Shown here: positions 16,868 to 20,106 of the stretch, in pieces
Layout: every line of letters starts with the position of its first letter
Numbering within the stretch: position 1 is the first letter of the stretch
Assembly: GCA_045106895.1 (NCBI GenBank)
Contig: JBGCFM010000211.1
Location: 1 to 20,106 of the forward strand
Length of the DNA: 20,106 bases
DNA from: Polyangiales bacterium
Lineage (GTDB): Bacteria > Myxococcota_A > Polyangia > Polyangiales > Houyiibacteriaceae
Direction: 5' to 3'
Program-made: the position numbers and the translations under genes
Notes under the pieces: generated by a model
What the model saw: the letters and a program-made list of their open reading frames with translations, nothing else
Databases searched by the model: none
What the model was told of the DNA's origin: nothing

Positions 16868-18982
16868 TTAGTCGCCGCTCTGGCGCGTGAGCTGCTGAGC
16901 CATGGTGTGCTCATAGAAGCCGATCATCGACAGCGCCTGGGCGCGTTCCATCATGGTCTTTGCGGCCGCGGCATCGGCGCCCATCCGAAAGGCGCCGGCG
17001 TAGAAGAGGCTCTCGGTTTGCTGGCCTTTGCTCTCCGCGCTCTCGAGGAGCTCTTCACCGCTCAGCGTGTTCGCGCCGAAACGCGCCAGCTGTCCGCTCC
17101 AGCCCGTCAGTCGTTCGCTCTGGCGAAGCGCCGTGAGCACGTCACCGCTCGGCTCCTCACCCGCACGGATCGCGATGATGCGAACCCAAAGAGCAAAGTA
17201 GACACGCCACTCCGGCGCGAGGTTCGTTTGGTTTCGCGCAGCGCGGAAGATCGTCTCCGCAAACTCGCGGTCCGGCTCGTCGCCGACGACGAGAAAGGAG
17301 AGGATGGCTGCGTAGATGCTGCGGTCCTGGGAGCTGGCGGCGATGGCTGCGCGGAACGCCGCTTGAGACTCGTCGCGTCGCGAGAGATGGTCCAAGAGGA
17401 TACCGCGATGCACCTGGGTCTCCGCGATGAAGGGCGCGGCGCCTTCGCCTTGGAGACCTTCGAGGACGCGGTCCCAGGTCTGGAGCGCTTGCGTATACAT
17501 GCGGCTGGACTGCGCCGCGTTCTCGGCGCCTGCGTAGCCATCGCCGAGACGTTCGAGGAGGGCCGCGCGCCGCACATCACCGGTGGCGAGGTCGAGGGCG
17601 CGCCTGTAGACGGCGACGGACTCCGTGTAGTTGCCAGTGCGCTCTTCAAGGAGGCCAAGCTGTTCAAGGGCGTTTGCGCTGGGCTGCCCTTCGATGCTGC
17701 GCTGGAGCTGCACGCGCGCTTCGTCGGGGTTTCCTGCGTGCATCTCCGCGGTGCCGAGGAGGAGCGAGATACGTTCCGGTGCCACGGCGGGGGCGGCGTT
17801 GGGGAAGTGAATGGCGCGTGAATCCGTAATGTACTGAGCGCGCGCGGCAAGAGTGCGGGCACGCTGGCTGTCTCCGCGGAAGATGCCGACCTCGAGGAAC
17901 TCGTCGATGTGCCCTAGCGCTTCGTCGTAGAGGCCGATGAGCTCCGGCTCGAGCTCGATGGCCTTGAGGTACCAGGCTGTGGCGTCGTCATGTTGCTCGG
18001 CTGTGACGGCGACTCGCGCGAGGCATGTGGCAAAGCGTGCGTCGCTGGGAAAGCGCCGGAGCCCAAGACGACACAGCCCCACGGCGACATGGGGTCGCGC
18101 CTCACGGTAGGCTTCGCTCAGCTCGACGATGGCGTCCGCGCCGTCGTCTTCGCGGGCGGCGTTCATCACGCGAATCAGCTGCGCTTCTGTCTCGCCTTCA
18201 GCGCCCATGGCTGTGACATGAGAGAGCGCCGACGCGAGATCGCCGAACTGAAGGAAGACCGCCGCGACGTCCAAGGGCGCGACGCGCGCGACCTGACTTG
18301 GCAGACCTCGCATGGCCATCAGGAGCGAGCTGCCTTCGCGGAACATATTCGCGACGGCATCACGGCGTTCGATGTGAAGGTTGGCGAGGGCGATGAGGAC
18401 CTCCGGCGCCGGGCTCAGTCGAGCGTGCTCGTTCCACACTTCGATGAGACCCGTGAGTCGCTCCATGGGGTTGTCGAGTCCGGAACGCGCTTGCCTGCCC
18501 CAGCGCTGCACCTCTTCGTACTCTGAGAGCTGTGCGCTTTCGTCGCCGCTTGCGCGAAGCGTGAGCAGTGCCGCCATCACGCGGGCTTCGTCTCCGCGCG
18601 GCGAACCGAGCTCCGCGATGCGGCGCGCGAAGGGCACGAGCTCCACCGGGAATCGCTCGGCGACGTAGTCTTCCGGGACGAGGATGGCGACCATCGAGGC
18701 GTATGCCGTGATCAGCGCGTCAAAGTCTGTGCTCTCGATGAGTCCTCGATGCTTGTTCGCGAGATGCACCAAGATGCGATCGCGAAGCTCAACGCGGCCG
18801 TTCTGCGCGAACTGCATCGAGTGGAGCAGGCGCACGCTCTCGTCGACGTTCGAATCGTCGACGGCGGCGGGGATGTTCGCCGGAAGCGTCGAGGTGGTTT
18901 GCCGGCCGGCGCAGGCGACGGTCGTGGCCACGACGACGGCGATGAACGCCATACGGGCGGAGTCGAGAAGAGAAGAGGACAT
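16868..18982 (-). CDS. TPR-containing putative lipoprotein with NlpI-like C-terminal domain
   Basis: Hydrophobic signal ending TVA-C; TPR units (ATAWYLKAIELEP, ALEQLGLLEERTGNYTESVAVYRRAL); tail YFALW...W...ESLFYAG...FYEH. Start uncertain (ATG 18982 or 18952). Confidence 0.78.
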   Translation of the reverse strand: MSSSLLDSARMAFIAVVVATTVACAGRQTTSTLPANIPAAVDDSNVDESVRLLHSMQFAQNGRVELRDRILVHLANKHRGLIESTDFDALITAYASMVAILVPEDYVAERFPVELVPFARRIAELGSPRGDEARVMAALLTLRASGDESAQLSEYEEVQRWGRQARSGLDNPMERLTGLIEVWNEHARLSPAPEVLIALANLHIERRDAVANMFREGSSLLMAMRGLPSQVARVAPLDVAAVFLQFGDLASALSHVTAMGAEGETEAQLIRVMNAAREDDGADAIVELSEAYREARPHVAVGLCRLGLRRFPSDARFATCLARVAVTAEQHDDATAWYLKAIELEPELIGLYDEALGHIDEFLEVGIFRGDSQRARTLAARAQYITDSRAIHFPNAAPAVAPERISLLLGTAEMHAGNPDEARVQLQRSIEGQPSANALEQLGLLEERTGNYTESVAVYRRALDLATGDVRRAALLERLGDGYAGAENAAQSSRMYTQALQTWDRVLEGLQGEGAAPFIAETQVHRGILLDHLSRRDESQAAFRAAIAASSQDRSIYAAILSFLVVGDEPDREFAETIFRAARNQTNLAPEWRVYFALWVRIIAIRAGEEPSGDVLTALRQSERLTGWSGQLARFGANTLSGEELLESAESKGQQTESLFYAGAFRMGADAAAAKTMMERAQALSMIGFYEHTMAQQLTRQSGD

Positions 18983-19099
18983 ATGCATTACAACGTTTGG
19001 GGAAGCGGAACGTTTCCCGCAATGGAGCATCGCATGGAATAGACCGCCCGCACGTCTCGGGAAGGGCAAAAAAGCCCGGCTTTTGCTAAAAGAAACGCC

Positions 19100-19591
19100 T
19101 CAGTGACCGACGAGCGTGTCTCGGATCGTTTCAAGCAGGCCACGCGGCCTCGCCGCCATCTTGTCGGACTTCGTCTTCTCTTGTCGCCGCGCGCGCTCGA
19201 GGGCGACGATGTTGTGGATGGAGCGCAGCTCATGCTGGTCCATGAAGGTCCCGTGCTCGTTGCAAACGTCGACCTCGATCTCGCCAACGGGGAAGACCTG
19301 CCGTAGGACGTCTCGGCACAGCGGACAGCGGCGGCCGCCACCCGCTGCCGCTTGTCGGTAGCTTCGGTCGGCGACGGCGAGGGCGCCGAGCCGGGTGTCG
19401 ATGGCGTCGAGGCTTTCGACGATGTTCCACAGCTCCGGGTGGAGACTCGCCTTCGCCACAACAGTGGACGCCTGGTTGTCGAGCCAGATGCCGCCGCATC
19501 CGCCGCATCCTGCGATGACGTGGTCGGGCACGTTGATGCGCGTCAGTGGGCGTGCGCAAGCGGGGCAAGCCATCTCGGGTTCGGCGCTCAT
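19100..19591 (-). CDS. Protein with two zf-TFIIB-like zinc-ribbon domains
   Basis: CPAC...CGGCGGIWLD and CPLC...VDVCNEHGTFMDQHEL, C-terminal GLLETIRDTL helix. ATGA overlap with the patatin stop. Confidence 0.82.
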   Translation of the reverse strand: MSAEPEMACPACARPLTRINVPDHVIAGCGGCGGIWLDNQASTVVAKASLHPELWNIVESLDAIDTRLGALAVADRSYRQAAAGGGRRCPLCRDVLRQVFPVGEIEVDVCNEHGTFMDQHELRSIHNIVALERARRQEKTKSDKMAARPRGLLETIRDTLVGH

Positions 19592-20106
19592 GTCTTCTTG
19601 GCGGTGAGGCCGAAGGCCTCGAGGGAGCGCCGCAAAGGCGACTCTTCGCTGCGAAGCTCGCGTGTGGTGGCACTGTAGCCGTCTTCGAGGATGGCGCGCC
19701 GCGCGTCGAAGTTCATCGGCGAGTGCATGAACATCGTGGCGTCGTCGCGCGCCGGCTCGATGAGATGAATGTCCACGTCGGGGTGCGCCGTTCGATAAGC
19801 CGCGAGACCCATCTGGAGGCGTGCTTCCGTCAGCTGACGCCAGCTTTGGTTGTAGACCCAGAGCATGCCCTTGTCGCGGACACGTTTCTGCGGACCGTGA
19901 CCCGTAGGAATGGTTCGCGCTTGGCGGTCTGTACGGACGGGGACCATCGCATTGATGACGAGGATGAGCTCGCAGTCTTGCTCGACGGCGACGTCCACGT
20001 GTCCCGCCTCGCCAGGCCCGCCGGCGATGAAGTCACGGCCGTCGATACGAACGGGCGCGTAGAGCATAGGCACCGCCATCGACGCGGAGACGGCCTTGGC
20101 GATTGG
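19588..20106 (-). CDS. Patatin-like phospholipase family protein, C-terminal part (5' end outside the window)
   Basis: The frame is open to the window edge: PIAKAVSASMAVPMLYAPVRIDGRDFIAGG matches the patatin AVxASxAxP...DGG block, followed by LILVINAMVP and a typical helical tail. Confidence 0.8.
   Translation of the reverse strand, partial: PIAKAVSASMAVPMLYAPVRIDGRDFIAGGPGEAGHVDVAVEQDCELILVINAMVPVRTDRQARTIPTGHGPQKRVRDKGMLWVYNQSWRQLTEARLQMGLAAYRTAHPDVDIHLIEPARDDATMFMHSPMNFDARRAILEDGYSATTRELRSEESPLRRSLEAFGLTAKKT

Noticed and set aside
16849..16870. Hairpin GCCC-GACC-GGGC with a T-run at the TPR gene stop
   Set aside because: Only a 4-bp GC stem on the coding strand; too weak to call a terminator.
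13853..17821. Long plus-strand ORFs 13853-14773, 15289-16092 and 16853-17821
   Set aside because: Antisense shadows of the flotillin and TPR genes; no motifs.
19066..19086. Palindrome GCAAAAAAGCCCGGCTTTTGC between the zf-TFIIB and TPR genes
   Set aside because: The GC stem is only 2-3 bp; a terminator or operator role cannot be supported.
6165..20106. Anti-phage defence island (Gabija-like UvrD, CBASS-like patatin)
   Set aside because: The helicase is a full housekeeping-type SF1A enzyme with no adjacent OLD nuclease, and no cyclase, nuclease or mobility genes are visible.

Overview
High-GC bacterial chromosomal segment, probably from a myxobacterium (inferred from a TIGR02996-type repeat protein, a Cys-rich PDAx-linker lipoprotein and zf-TFIIB/patatin genes). 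It holds 14 genes. Minus strand, left end: aldo/keto reductase coupled to a stand-alone dnaJ. Plus strand: a CslA/CslC-like processive GT2, a Cys-rich LamG lipoprotein and a Zn-ribbon protein. Minus strand, reading right to left: partial patatin (DGG replaced by AGG), double zf-TFIIB protein, long TPR lipoprotein with an NlpI-like C-terminus, an nfeD-like/flotillin/flotillin operon, a ~1260-aa TPR/TIGR02996/LRR-like/HEAT mosaic, a saccharopine-dehydrogenase-like reductase and a Rep-like SF1A helicase. I saw no RNA genes, mobile elements or CRISPR arrays. The most notable signals are TANNNT -10 boxes 5-7 nt upstream of five start codons (leaderless mRNAs), a repeat-structured intergenic region ending in a strong terminator, the mosaic repeat protein, a possibly inactive patatin and the paired flotillins. 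All family calls come from reading motifs by eye; no searches were run.
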